The position numbers were made by a program, and so were the translations under genes. This document shows, in pieces, positions 1-8,949 of a stretch of DNA of 64,000 nt. The notes beneath the pieces were generated by a model, which saw nothing but the letters and a program-made list of their open reading frames with translations, was not told the DNA's origin and did not search any database. Every line of letters starts with the position of its first letter. Position 1 is the stretch's first letter. Source of the DNA: Elusimicrobiota bacterium (GTDB taxonomy: Bacteria > Elusimicrobiota > Elusimicrobia > UBA1565); assembly GCA_043827405.1 (NCBI GenBank), contig JBDRPD010000083.1, positions 64,001-128,000 of the forward strand, given 5' to 3'.

Positions 1-133
1 TTGGATCGCGGACAATAAATTGGGCCTGAACGTCGTGATCTCGAAGCGTCGCGGCGAACGCCAGACAGCGCATGATGTGCCCCATCCCGATTCGAGGCGA
101 CCCGTCCGCCCGGATCAAAACCTTATCCGGCAT
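1..133 (-). CDS. pseG: PseG-like UDP-sugar hydrolase, N-terminal fragment running off the window start
   Basis: Not in the ORF track. Manual translation from ATG 133 gives MPDKVLIRADGSPRIGMGHIMRCLAFA, the RAD..IG.GH.MRCL N-terminal motif of PseG/SpsG. Overlaps the end of pseF. Confidence 0.8.
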   Translation of the reverse strand, partial: MPDKVLIRADGSPRIGMGHIMRCLAFAATLRDHDVQAQFIVRDP

Positions 134-833
134 CAAGCTCTTTTTTCGCTCGCTGTCCGAGATACAGCGTTCGCGCGAACTCAAGGTCCTCGGGATTATC
201 GATGTCGACCGCCTTGTGCGGCGCGATTTCGTAAGAGGTGAATTTCACTTCCTGATTTTCGGCGGGGGCCAATAGGTGGTGCGCGGCAAAATACGAAAAT
301 GGCCCGGCCTCGTAATACGCGGGCTGCAGGTCCTGTGAGCGGATTTTTAAGGCCGCGGGCGAAGCGGGGGTCAACGTCCCGGCGGCGTCGCGGCGAAACG
401 CCCACTCGGCGGGCACCGGCAGCCTGGCCACGACGAGCAGCGGGTGTTTCCTCCCTTGGTCCAGGAAAGCCTGATACCCGGCCTTCAGGTCCTCCGCTTC
501 GAGCAGCGGCGCCGCCGGCATGATGCAGGCGACGTCCTCGTACTCCAGGCCGTCTTTGCGATAGCGCTCCAGGACCCAGCTGAGAACGGGCGCAAGTCCA
601 GTGTGGTTGTCGGCCAGTTCGTCGGGGCGCTTGAAGTCGATCGCGAAGCCGAGTTTCTTCGCTGCTTCCGCGATCTCATCGGAGTCCGTCGAGACGTGGA
701 TCTTGTCGAACAGCGCGGATTGCTCGGCCGCCTCAAGCGCATAGGCGATAATGGGTCGGCCTAGAAAATCAACGATATTCTTGCTTTTGATTCGCTGGCT
801 TCCGCCCCGTGCCGGTATGATCGCTATTTTCAT
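123..833 (-). CDS. pseF: CMP-nonulosonic acid synthetase (pseudaminic acid cytidylyltransferase)
   Basis: IAIIPARGGSQRIKSKN, VSTDSDEIA, RSQDL..AYYEAG and DIDNPEDL motifs; adjacent to pseG. Confidence 0.85.
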   Translation of the reverse strand: MKIAIIPARGGSQRIKSKNIVDFLGRPIIAYALEAAEQSALFDKIHVSTDSDEIAEAAKKLGFAIDFKRPDELADNHTGLAPVLSWVLERYRKDGLEYEDVACIMPAAPLLEAEDLKAGYQAFLDQGRKHPLLVVARLPVPAEWAFRRDAAGTLTPASPAALKIRSQDLQPAYYEAGPFSYFAAHHLLAPAENQEVKFTSYEIAPHKAVDIDNPEDLEFARTLYLGQRAKKELDAG

Positions 834-837
834 CTGT

Positions 838-1758
838 TTATTCCTCTACCGCTATGCCGATGCCGTTCTGGCCGTAATTGTTGCCGTTGTAGAACATATA
901 CCGGCCGCCTTGGTGCTCAATGACGGCGGCGTAGGCGATCATCTCCGAATCCCAGCCGGCTGCGGATACGTCGATTCCCGCCAACTCGTCCATGCGGTTC
1001 CAAGCGATCCCGTCCGGAGACTCGGCGTAGCCGATGCGGTAGCTCGGGCCGCGGTACGAATACCACATTTTATACACGCCGTTTTCAACTACGATCCATG
1101 GTCGTGAAATGGCATACTCGTCGTCGTTGAGAAAATCGATTGCGACTCTCCCCCGCCGGTCCCAGCAAACGCCGTCCGTCGACTCCGCGTACTTGAGGTG
1201 GTATCGGGGCAGGGGATTCCCATCCACGATGCGCCAGGCGGTATTCGAGGTATACCACATCCTCCAGATTCCATTTTCCACGATTACTGCCGCCGAGGCC
1301 GTGAATAGCGGGTCGATATCAGTGCGTGTTAAGAGCGGCGCGCTGGACAGCTTCTTGAAGGTCTTCCCGTTGTCCTCACTGACCGCCGCGCCAAGTGAAG
1401 AGTAAAAGGGCACTCGTTTTCCCTGCATCCAACCGCTGTAATAAAGGTACTTTTTCCCGGCGTGATTCAGGATCCAGCTGGGGATAATTCCGCTATCGTC
1501 GAATGTCCCGAGGGCGCCAAGGGATAAAACGGGCTCGGCAGTAAAGTCCAGTATCTCTTTCGGCTTATCGATATGAAAGGTGTAGGCTCCTGGCTGGCTC
1601 ATATTGGCTTCGTTCCTGCCGGAAAAATACATGCGGTAGTGTCCCCGGTCATCCAGAGATTCCACGACGGGAACCCAGGCATAGGATTTGATCCAGTCGA
1701 CACGGCCTGCGGGCTCAAAAATCAAGCCCTTTTTGCGCCATTTAGGGGGTTTGCTCAT
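838..1758 (-). CDS. Five-bladed beta-propeller glycoside hydrolase-like protein
   Basis: Repeated blades (YLYYSG, AVSEDNGKTF, YAESTDGVCW, YAESPDGIAW); start chosen at MSKPP. Confidence 0.65.
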   Translation of the reverse strand: MSKPPKWRKKGLIFEPAGRVDWIKSYAWVPVVESLDDRGHYRMYFSGRNEANMSQPGAYTFHIDKPKEILDFTAEPVLSLGALGTFDDSGIIPSWILNHAGKKYLYYSGWMQGKRVPFYSSLGAAVSEDNGKTFKKLSSAPLLTRTDIDPLFTASAAVIVENGIWRMWYTSNTAWRIVDGNPLPRYHLKYAESTDGVCWDRRGRVAIDFLNDDEYAISRPWIVVENGVYKMWYSYRGPSYRIGYAESPDGIAWNRMDELAGIDVSAAGWDSEMIAYAAVIEHQGGRYMFYNGNNYGQNGIGIAVEE

Positions 1759-2455
1759 TAGTCCGCCGCCCCGAGCGAATAATCGCCAGGCTTTCCTCCC
1801 CATGGTTGAATAGTAAATCGACCACAGACAAATAGGGAATAAATTCTCCGTGAAGCTGCGTGTATTTGGGATGCTGGTAATAATGATACTCGAGCGTTAT
1901 TTCGTGGTCCCTGAACAAAGCTCCTTCGCCGATATATTCTTTCGACCTCACGGGGCTTAGATAGCGTCGGGCTCCAACCTTCCTGCAGATTTCTACCAGA
2001 AGTTCAGTTTTTGCGCCGTTCGCTTCTAATGCGGAGCTCCTTACCATCTCTGTGCCGACGCCGAGAGATTCTTTAATAATGGAAATTAGGTCGATGGTTA
2101 AGTCGGCGAGCAAGACGTGCTGCTTATTGTATGCCGAAGCAAAGCGGTCTGCGTACTGTCTGAAGTGCCGGGATTTGGCATAGCTCATTTCGAGCGCTTT
2201 TAAATGCTCTTCGCGAAATTTCGCGGTGGGATCAATTCTCGCGTCCCGGATGGTTTGATCTCGTCGCCCTTTTGTCAGAACGGGGATCGTGAGCCTCTGC
2301 TCGCCACGGCAATTTTTGATTCGGTTGCGCTGCTGCCAGGAGCGTTTGTCAAACTGTACGGAATCCAATAGGACGAACACATCTGCCTGGTCCATTAGGT
2401 CGAAATATCCCAGCCAGGGAAGGTAGGTCGGCTGCATAATAACGGCTGTTTTCAT
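1742..2455 (-). CDS. WbqC family protein
   Basis: IMQPTYLPWLGYFDL..DSVQF.KRSWQQRNRI and LSVVDLLFN motifs. Confidence 0.9.
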   Translation of the reverse strand: MKTAVIMQPTYLPWLGYFDLMDQADVFVLLDSVQFDKRSWQQRNRIKNCRGEQRLTIPVLTKGRRDQTIRDARIDPTAKFREEHLKALEMSYAKSRHFRQYADRFASAYNKQHVLLADLTIDLISIIKESLGVGTEMVRSSALEANGAKTELLVEICRKVGARRYLSPVRSKEYIGEGALFRDHEITLEYHYYQHPKYTQLHGEFIPYLSVVDLLFNHGEESLAIIRSGRRTNEQTP

Positions 2456-2474
2456 GACGGGTTCGGCGTCGCTC

Positions 2475-3101
2475 TCATTTGTATACGTAGACCGTGTATT
2501 CGTACAGCCCGTAATCATGTCGAATGACAAAATTTCTGCTGATGCTTTCACGCAAAAAATCCGTTAGTTTATTAAAGGGGAGATAGAAGTTCCCCGGGTT
2601 TTCCCAGTCCACGAATGGGGACATAACGTTAAAGGCGAGTCCCTTTCGGGTTTTGCTGAATAAGCGCTCCACAGAGTCCTTCATGAACTCGAGCATATCG
2701 TCAAGGCTGAGTTCCCGTTTTTGCGTAAACACCCCATTCGCGACGATGTAATCGAAGAGGGGAAGCTCATCCGTCCCATCCATGATATCCAGTTGATAAA
2801 AATTTTCGTCGGGATATTTTTCTTTTGCCAGCAGCAGAAGGCTCTCCGAGATATCAAGACCGGAGTACTTAATCGATCGGCCGGCATGCTTTTTGACGTA
2901 TCCGCACAAATGGCCTGTGCCGCAGCCAAAATCTAGAAGTGTCTTCGGGTCGCCGTTCCGCGAATTAATAACTTCAAGCATGATTTTGAAGCGGAGCTCG
3001 GCGTCGTCGGCGTCGGGCCATCCTGCGCCTAAATAAGTGTCGCCGTTTTTCTCGAGACAGGACTCATAGTGTCTGGCTAATTTTAAGTATTTTTTTTTCA
3101 T
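2475..3101 (-). CDS. Class I SAM-dependent methyltransferase
   Basis: LLDFGCGTG, GLDIS, FDYIV.NGVF motifs; C-terminal HDYGLYEYT. Confidence 0.85.
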   Translation of the reverse strand: MKKKYLKLARHYESCLEKNGDTYLGAGWPDADDAELRFKIMLEVINSRNGDPKTLLDFGCGTGHLCGYVKKHAGRSIKYSGLDISESLLLLAKEKYPDENFYQLDIMDGTDELPLFDYIVANGVFTQKRELSLDDMLEFMKDSVERLFSKTRKGLAFNVMSPFVDWENPGNFYLPFNKLTDFLRESISRNFVIRHDYGLYEYTVYVYK

Positions 3102-3104
3102 GCC

Positions 3105-4415
3105 CTAGTTGAGCCGCTTGAAGCCGGAATGGCAAACGGGGCCGTTAAGAGAGCTTTTAAGGGAGCCTTTTGCTTTTAATTCTCGAATCAAAGAAAAGAC
3201 TTCATCCGCATTTTTCAAATAGTCTTTGACGAGGTCCTCCGTGTGCGCATAGGACACGAAAATCACATTGGATGCGAGAAACCCCCGCTTCAGCATTTCC
3301 TGCGTAAAACAAGTCTTTATCTCCAGGGCATCATCACCCCGAATCGCCATCACGATAATGGTGGGGAGGCCCAGGAGTTCGATGTCCAGGTCGTGCTTCT
3401 GGAAAATCTTCTCCAGCTCCGATCTGAGAATTCCCCCCGTGTTTTTAATGGCTTCGATGACGTTGTGTTTTTCAAAAAACTTAATCGTTTCAAGTGCGGC
3501 GACAAAGCCGCTTCTCTCTGTCCAGTAGGTGCTGCTGATGAAAGTGGACTGGGCCGCATTCATTACGTCTCGCTTTCCCAAAACAGCCGAAATGGCGTAC
3601 CCATTGCCCAGCGCCTTCCCGAGGACGACGATGTCGGGCTCGATGCCGTAGAGCATATGCATGCCGCCGATATTCAAGCGGAAGCCGGAAGAAACCTCGT
3701 CGATAATTAGGACCGCGCCGATTTCCCTGGCCGTTTTTTGGACCAGCTTGATGAAATCAAGGTCCACCTTTTTCTGCTTGGCGAATTCCATGATGATGAC
3801 GCCCAGCTCGTTCCGGTTCGCCTCCACCAAAGCCAGGAAGGCCGCGGAATTCCCGTATTCGAAGGGAAGCGAGGAGCCCCGGAGTTGCGACGGAACGCCT
3901 TTGGGCTCAAGCCCCGGCAGGAGCATCCCATCGAGATTGTTGCCGTCGGCGAGGTTGGACGCCAGATACCAATCGTGCCAACCGTGGTAGCCGCAAAAGG
4001 CCACTTTGGATTTTCCGGAAAAGGCACGTCCGATGCGGACGGCGATGGTGCAGGCCTCTCCCCCGGTGCGCGAGTAGCGTGCCATATCGGCCCAGGGGTG
4101 AAGCGCTAGCAGCTTTTCCGTCAACTCGACCTCTTCCGGGCAGTTAAGGGTCGAAACAACGCTGTTCTCAACGGCGCGAATTACGGCGGCGTTGACCTGG
4201 TCGTTAGCGTATCCCAGAACGGATGTTCCGATCCCCATGATGCTCATGTCGATAAATTCATTGCCGTCCAAGTCCCAGATTCGCGCGCCCTTTGCTTTTT
4301 GATAGTAGGCAGGCCATTGATCGGGCAGAAACATCTCCGCGCGCTTGGACAGCAGCTGGTTCCCGCCGGGAATAATTCTCTTCGCTTTGTTCCACAGGTC
4401 CGTTCCTTTTGACAT
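3105..4415 (-). CDS. Class III PLP aminotransferase (GSA-aminomutase-like, sugar-cluster type)
   Basis: GARIWDLDGNEFID, GYHGWHDW, IDEV.SGFR, PDIVVLGKALGNG; AGAGG SD upstream of ATG 4415. Confidence 0.85.
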   Translation of the reverse strand: MSKGTDLWNKAKRIIPGGNQLLSKRAEMFLPDQWPAYYQKAKGARIWDLDGNEFIDMSIMGIGTSVLGYANDQVNAAVIRAVENSVVSTLNCPEEVELTEKLLALHPWADMARYSRTGGEACTIAVRIGRAFSGKSKVAFCGYHGWHDWYLASNLADGNNLDGMLLPGLEPKGVPSQLRGSSLPFEYGNSAAFLALVEANRNELGVIIMEFAKQKKVDLDFIKLVQKTAREIGAVLIIDEVSSGFRLNIGGMHMLYGIEPDIVVLGKALGNGYAISAVLGKRDVMNAAQSTFISSTYWTERSGFVAALETIKFFEKHNVIEAIKNTGGILRSELEKIFQKHDLDIELLGLPTIIVMAIRGDDALEIKTCFTQEMLKRGFLASNVIFVSYAHTEDLVKDYLKNADEVFSLIRELKAKGSLKSSLNGPVCHSGFKRLN

Positions 4416-4533
4416 CTTTATGCTTCCTCTCTTGGGCGGCGATTCTCTAGCGCGGTTCGGGATATGAACCTTAAGCAGGGCGTATTCCAAATATTATCAA
4501 AGTAATAGGTCCTCCGCGCCGGAGGCCGCGCCG

Positions 4534-5193
4534 TCAATTCAGATCCAATCCGCGCTCGTAGCGCCGATTCATGGCGCGGTCGGAGCGCCCCATGCGGTAC
4601 TCCAGCTTCAGCCGCTGGTTCATTAGAGACTGCCTCCATATTCCGTTTTTGCGGAAGCGGACGGAGGAGGTGGTGGAGAGGAAGGGCAGAATCCGCGGGG
4701 GGCCGCTCTCGCGAAGGATCATCGATAACTCGGTGTCCTCGAAAATCTCAACCGGGGGGATGGGCCGGACGAGAAGCTCGCGGCGGAAGAATATGCAGTG
4801 GTCCAGATACACGATGCCGCGCCGCTGCGCGCGGATGCGGTTGGAGTACCAACTGGTGAGCCGCAGGAGGGGATGACTGGAGTCGAAGGCATGGGTGAAC
4901 CCGCCCCAGGAGACGTCGCCGGCGTTGGCGGAGAGCCAACGCAGCCCTGTGGCGTCGATGAGGCTGCGCGGGTGATGGAGCAGAATAAGGGAGTGCGAGG
5001 CGGCCTCGATGCCGGCCTGCAGCTTCACCGCGCGGGAGGCGGCGGCGAGGCGGACGGCGCGGATGCCATCCTGGGCCGGAGGCGTCCCGACGCAGAGAAC
5101 CTCGAGGCCGGCGATAGCTCGCAGCCGGTCGAATATGCGGGGAAGCCAGGCGTCTCCGGCGCCGCCGGCGGCGGGAATGACGACGGAGATCAT
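4534..5193 (-). CDS. Family 2 glycosyltransferase-like protein (TIGR04283-like)
   Basis: MISVVIPA start, WGGF, RGIVYLDHCIF, FEDTELS, TSSVRF; ATGA overlap with the radical SAM gene. Confidence 0.7.
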   Translation of the reverse strand: MISVVIPAAGGAGDAWLPRIFDRLRAIAGLEVLCVGTPPAQDGIRAVRLAAASRAVKLQAGIEAASHSLILLHHPRSLIDATGLRWLSANAGDVSWGGFTHAFDSSHPLLRLTSWYSNRIRAQRRGIVYLDHCIFFRRELLVRPIPPVEIFEDTELSMILRESGPPRILPFLSTTSSVRFRKNGIWRQSLMNQRLKLEYRMGRSDRAMNRRYERGLDLN

Positions 5194-6125
5194 CCGGGGG
5201 CGCAGGAGGCGCCGCCGAGTACGCAGAACGAGGCGCAGTAGGGATGGGCTAGGCTGACCGGGCGGCTTGACTCCCGCAGCGTGCGCCCGAGATCGAACCG
5301 CGCATCGTGGGGCAGCAGGGTGCAGGCGGCGACGCGCGCGGAGTCCTCGCACTTTCTTTTCACGACCATGCGCGATGACGCGCACATCACCGAAGCCGGG
5401 GACCTGTTCAGCCGGCGCCAACACGCGGTGGATATCTCAGGCGGGTCCGCCGCGTCGTCGAGCTCGGGAAACAGGATCAGCCGCTCGGGGTCCGACGAGT
5501 CGAGCTCGATGCCTAATCCCGCGAACAGGCGCCGGTAGCCCGCCCGCATGTTCGGCTCCTTCTCTTTCGTCAGGGACCTCCCGGCGACGCTCGTGACGAA
5601 CCCGTTGGCCGCGAGCCAGCGCAGGCCCTCTACCGCCTTGCTCCAGGAGCCCGGACCGCGCTCGGCCTCGTGGACGGCGGCGGTATAGTGGTCCAAGGAG
5701 ACCCGGAACCGCAGGCGCTTCCGGTACTTGCCGCGCAGGTCCATAAGCGCTCCAGTCTTGCGCATCATCGGCGTCATGGCGTTGGTCAGGATGAGGACGG
5801 TGAAGCCGCGAGCCAGGCACTCTTCAAGCATCGCCGCGAGATGGGGGTTGAGAAAAGGCTCTCCCCCGGTAAACCCGATCTCCGCGGCGCCGGAGTCTCC
5901 GGCAGCGAGCTCATCGATGAAAGGGAGCATGTCTTCTTTCGTGATGTAGGCGAGCCGGTCGTTTCGGGGGGAGGATTTGATGTAGCAGTTGGCGCAGGCG
6001 AGATTGCACCGCGTGCCGGTGTTAAACCACAGTGTTTTCAGGCGGCCTAGGCCGACGGCGGCGCGCGTCTTGCCGTCGGCCGTATGATCGGGATTGGTCC
6101 ACTTGGCGGCAGTTCGCGGCACCAC
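5190..6125 (-). CDS. Radical SAM protein
   Basis: CNLACANC (CX3CX2C), FTGGEPF, ILTNA; Cys-rich C-terminus (MCASSRMVV, ACTLL, HPYCASFCVLGGASC). Confidence 0.9.
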   Translation of the reverse strand: MVPRTAAKWTNPDHTADGKTRAAVGLGRLKTLWFNTGTRCNLACANCYIKSSPRNDRLAYITKEDMLPFIDELAAGDSGAAEIGFTGGEPFLNPHLAAMLEECLARGFTVLILTNAMTPMMRKTGALMDLRGKYRKRLRFRVSLDHYTAAVHEAERGPGSWSKAVEGLRWLAANGFVTSVAGRSLTKEKEPNMRAGYRRLFAGLGIELDSSDPERLILFPELDDAADPPEISTACWRRLNRSPASVMCASSRMVVKRKCEDSARVAACTLLPHDARFDLGRTLRESSRPVSLAHPYCASFCVLGGASCAPG

Positions 6126-6137
6126 TGCTCCTCTCGC

Positions 6138-6887
6138 TCAGCTGCCGACCAGCACGCCGGTGACCTTCCGCGTTCGGCAGTCGATATGGACTTGCGCATG
6201 GTAGTCCGCCTGAAGAGTCGGCGGCTCCGTCGGCGGGATCACGAAGGTCACGACCCGTAAGCCCTTTTCGACCGTTACCTTGATGGGCGTGTCCGGCGGA
6301 TAGGACACCTTGCCCTTTATGGCCTCGGCGGCGATGGCGATCGCCGCGGCGCGCGCGAGAGCGCACTCGCCTGCGCGCTGCGGTTTCTTCGGCGCCGGTT
6401 CCTGATGATGCCCCCGGTCCGTGCTTTTCTGCTTGACCGGGACGCACCAGCGCAAAGAGCTCTCGCACTTGAGCATGTCGCGCTGGTGGCCGTCCGGGCA
6501 CTTTCCTTCCTCGGCCTCCTCCCAGCCGTTGGTACGCATGCGTGCGACCGATGCCAGACAGCAGGAGTCCTCCGTGTGGCCCCGGCAGTCCTTCTCTAGG
6601 CGGCCGTAGTAGGCCTTGGCGCCCCAGGCCTTCCCGCCTTCCTTCTGTTCCTTGAAGTGAGGGTCGTGCTGCCGGTCGCGCTCCCGGTGCCGCTTCTGGA
6701 TGGCATCCATCATCGACCGGCCTTTTTCCCGCGACTCCCAAGTCTCGTCCTTAAACGGTCCGCTGTGGCAGTGATAGTTGTCGCGCTGGCGGCTGCGGTG
6801 GCAGCCGTAGAGATCGAGCCTGCCGTCATGGGCGGCGGCAGGAGCCGGTGCCATGATGGATAACGCCAGGACCGCCAGGAAGCGCAT
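6138..6887 (-). CDS. Exported protein with N-terminal YHYH-like His/Cys motif and Cys-rich middle domain
   Basis: Signal peptide ending AAA, then HDGRLDLYGCH..DNYHCH; TTGCTC-17-TACACT promoter with the -10 box 6 nt before ATG 6887. Confidence 0.6.
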   Translation of the reverse strand: MRFLAVLALSIMAPAPAAAHDGRLDLYGCHRSRQRDNYHCHSGPFKDETWESREKGRSMMDAIQKRHRERDRQHDPHFKEQKEGGKAWGAKAYYGRLEKDCRGHTEDSCCLASVARMRTNGWEEAEEGKCPDGHQRDMLKCESSLRWCVPVKQKSTDRGHHQEPAPKKPQRAGECALARAAAIAIAAEAIKGKVSYPPDTPIKVTVEKGLRVVTFVIPPTEPPTLQADYHAQVHIDCRTRKVTGVLVGS

Positions 6888-6966
6888 CTGGAAAGTGTAG
6901 CGCGCGGCGGAGAGAAGAGCAAGACGCCGCGGCATTCCGCATTAGGGGAAGCCGACTGTTTATATA

Positions 6967-6995
6967 TTGACCACCAGGAGGAACGGGGTTAAACT
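6967..6995 (+). promoter_or_regulatory. Sigma70-type promoter, probably giving a leaderless transcript
   Basis: TTGACC(6967-72)-17 nt-TAAACT(6990-95), 8 nt before ATG 7004. Confidence 0.65.
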
Positions 6996-7003
6996 ATCCC
7001 GTT

Positions 7004-8140
7004 ATGGCCGCCTCTCGCCGAGTCGCTGTTGGCGTCGCGCTTTTCGCTTTCTGCTCCCCGTGGGCGTCCGCGGAGGACGCATCCTCCGGCCTCGTCTACG
7101 CCGATAAAGGCGGCTATCACGTGATCATCGCCGATCTGGCTTCCAAGGCCTTGGAGGTCCGCGTCGCCCGGCCGCATTCCGATCCCAAGCTCAACAAGCG
7201 TACCGTGGCGCAGCATGCCGCCGCCGAAGATGCCTTGGTCGCCGTCAACGCCAACTATTTCGGCGGCTCCGACAACCATCCCTGCGGCGCGGCGCGCGGC
7301 TACGGCATCCAGTATCCGGGCATCTACGGCGAGGCGAAAAACTGCGAGACCAGCCTGGGCTGGGGCCGGGGCGGGGGCGAAGTATTCCACAGCGGCGGCC
7401 GCGAGACCGACCCCAAGTTCAAGCCCGAGCTCACCGAGGTCGTGACCGGCGGCGGCTACCTGCTGCGCGGCGGTCTGCGGGTCGAATGGAACCGCGGGAA
7501 GTTCGCGCAGAAACGGCCCTGCACCGCCGCCGGTCTGAGCGCGGACCGCCGGAAGTTGGTGCTTGTCGTCGGCGGCAACCGCGTATGTACCGGGGAAGGT
7601 CTGCAGAAGGTCCTGCTGGGGGCGGGGGCGGCGGACGCTGTCCACCTGGACGGCGGCGGCTCCGCAAAGATGTGGATCAAGGATCGCGGCTACGTCGACA
7701 GCGCGGGCGCAGGGCGCGCGCCGCCGGTGGCCATCGTGATCAAGCGGACCGCAGATACGGCGAAGTGCCCGAGCGATTGCGGTTCGGCCCCTTGTATTCA
7801 GCTGCCGCCGCCGCTGGGCCCGCAGTGTCTCGGCATGTCCTGCCGCCGCGGCCTCAATAATATCTGGAACTGCGATCCGGCGCGCCGCGACCGGATTCGC
7901 TGCGAAAAAGGGAAGGTGGTGCGGCAGCCGTGCGCCGCGGGCTGTCTGCCGCAGCGTCCGGGCCGGCATGACATCTGCGCGGCCTGCCCCTCGGGCAACG
8001 GCTTGTACTGCGGCAACAATCAGGTCCTGGGCCGTCCGGATATGCTGTACCGCTGCACGGGGGGCGTGCTGAGCGCTGCGCAGCGCTGCGCCGGGGGCTG
8101 TCTGCGGATGCCCCCAGGCACCAACGACAAGTGCCGTTGA
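7004..8140 (+). CDS. Exported phosphodiester glycosidase family (NAGPA-like) protein with Cys-rich C-terminal repeats
   Basis: Signal peptide, AVNANYF, AVHLDGGGS motif, Cys-rich tail. Confidence 0.8.
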   Translation: MAASRRVAVGVALFAFCSPWASAEDASSGLVYADKGGYHVIIADLASKALEVRVARPHSDPKLNKRTVAQHAAAEDALVAVNANYFGGSDNHPCGAARGYGIQYPGIYGEAKNCETSLGWGRGGGEVFHSGGRETDPKFKPELTEVVTGGGYLLRGGLRVEWNRGKFAQKRPCTAAGLSADRRKLVLVVGGNRVCTGEGLQKVLLGAGAADAVHLDGGGSAKMWIKDRGYVDSAGAGRAPPVAIVIKRTADTAKCPSDCGSAPCIQLPPPLGPQCLGMSCRRGLNNIWNCDPARRDRIRCEKGKVVRQPCAAGCLPQRPGRHDICAACPSGNGLYCGNNQVLGRPDMLYRCTGGVLSAAQRCAGGCLRMPPGTNDKCR

Positions 8141-8141
8141 A

Positions 8142-8945
8142 ATGAAGAGCTTGACGGAAAGCGCCGCGTTCCAGGAACGCTTGCGCACCACCGGTTCCTA
8201 CCGCACCGATCCCGCGCGCCGCCGCCCGTTTTTTGGGCGTTTTGATTTCTGGTACGTCTTAAGGGTCGCGCACCTTATCTATGAGGGCAACCGCTTGGCG
8301 GTTCGCGGCGAGTTCAATACCGAGACTTGGGCGGCGCATTCGCTGAGCTACGTATCGATTATCGAGGATTGCGGCGGCACGCTGGATATCTCCGGACTCG
8401 AGCATTCGCTCAGGCCGGGCCGTCCGGTGGTCTATGTCGGCAATCATATGAGCATGATGGAGAGTTTTCTGCTTCCCGGACTGCTGCTTTCCGGCGGTTG
8501 GGTCACCGCGGTGATAAAGAAGAGTCTGGGCCGCTATCCGGTGCTGGGCGCCTTCGCCCGCGCCACCGAGCCGATCATGGTCGGACGGGAAAATCCCCGC
8601 GAGGACCTCAAGACCGTGCTGGGCGAAGGTCGGGAGTCTTTGGCCAAAGGACGCTCGGTGGTGCTGTTCCCGCAGGCCACGCGCAGCGCGGTATTTGATC
8701 CCTCCGCCTTCAACAGCCTCGGCGTCAAACTGGCCAAGTCGGCCGGCGTTCCGGTGGTCCCGCTGGCGCTTAAGACCGACTTCCAACGCAACGGCCGCAT
8801 CCTTAAGGATATCGGCGGGCTCGACCGGAGCAAGACGGTTTGCTTTCGCTTCGGCGAGCCGCTGGAGGTGACCGGTACGGGTAAGGACGCCAACGAAAAG
8901 GTCATGCGCTTTATTTCCGATGCGCTCAAGGAGTGGGGCGGCTAA
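8142..8945 (+). CDS. Lysophospholipid acyltransferase (PlsC-like)
   Basis: NHMSMMES (HX4D/E), LFPQATRS, VPVVPLAL. Confidence 0.85.
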   Translation: MKSLTESAAFQERLRTTGSYRTDPARRRPFFGRFDFWYVLRVAHLIYEGNRLAVRGEFNTETWAAHSLSYVSIIEDCGGTLDISGLEHSLRPGRPVVYVGNHMSMMESFLLPGLLLSGGWVTAVIKKSLGRYPVLGAFARATEPIMVGRENPREDLKTVLGEGRESLAKGRSVVLFPQATRSAVFDPSAFNSLGVKLAKSAGVPVVPLALKTDFQRNGRILKDIGGLDRSKTVCFRFGEPLEVTGTGKDANEKVMRFISDALKEWGG

Positions 8946-8949
8946 TACA

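Noticed and set aside
4534..5424. Possible rSAM-GT readthrough or selenocysteine at TGA 5190
   Set aside because: The genes are in different frames with ordinary ATGA coupling; no SECIS-like evidence
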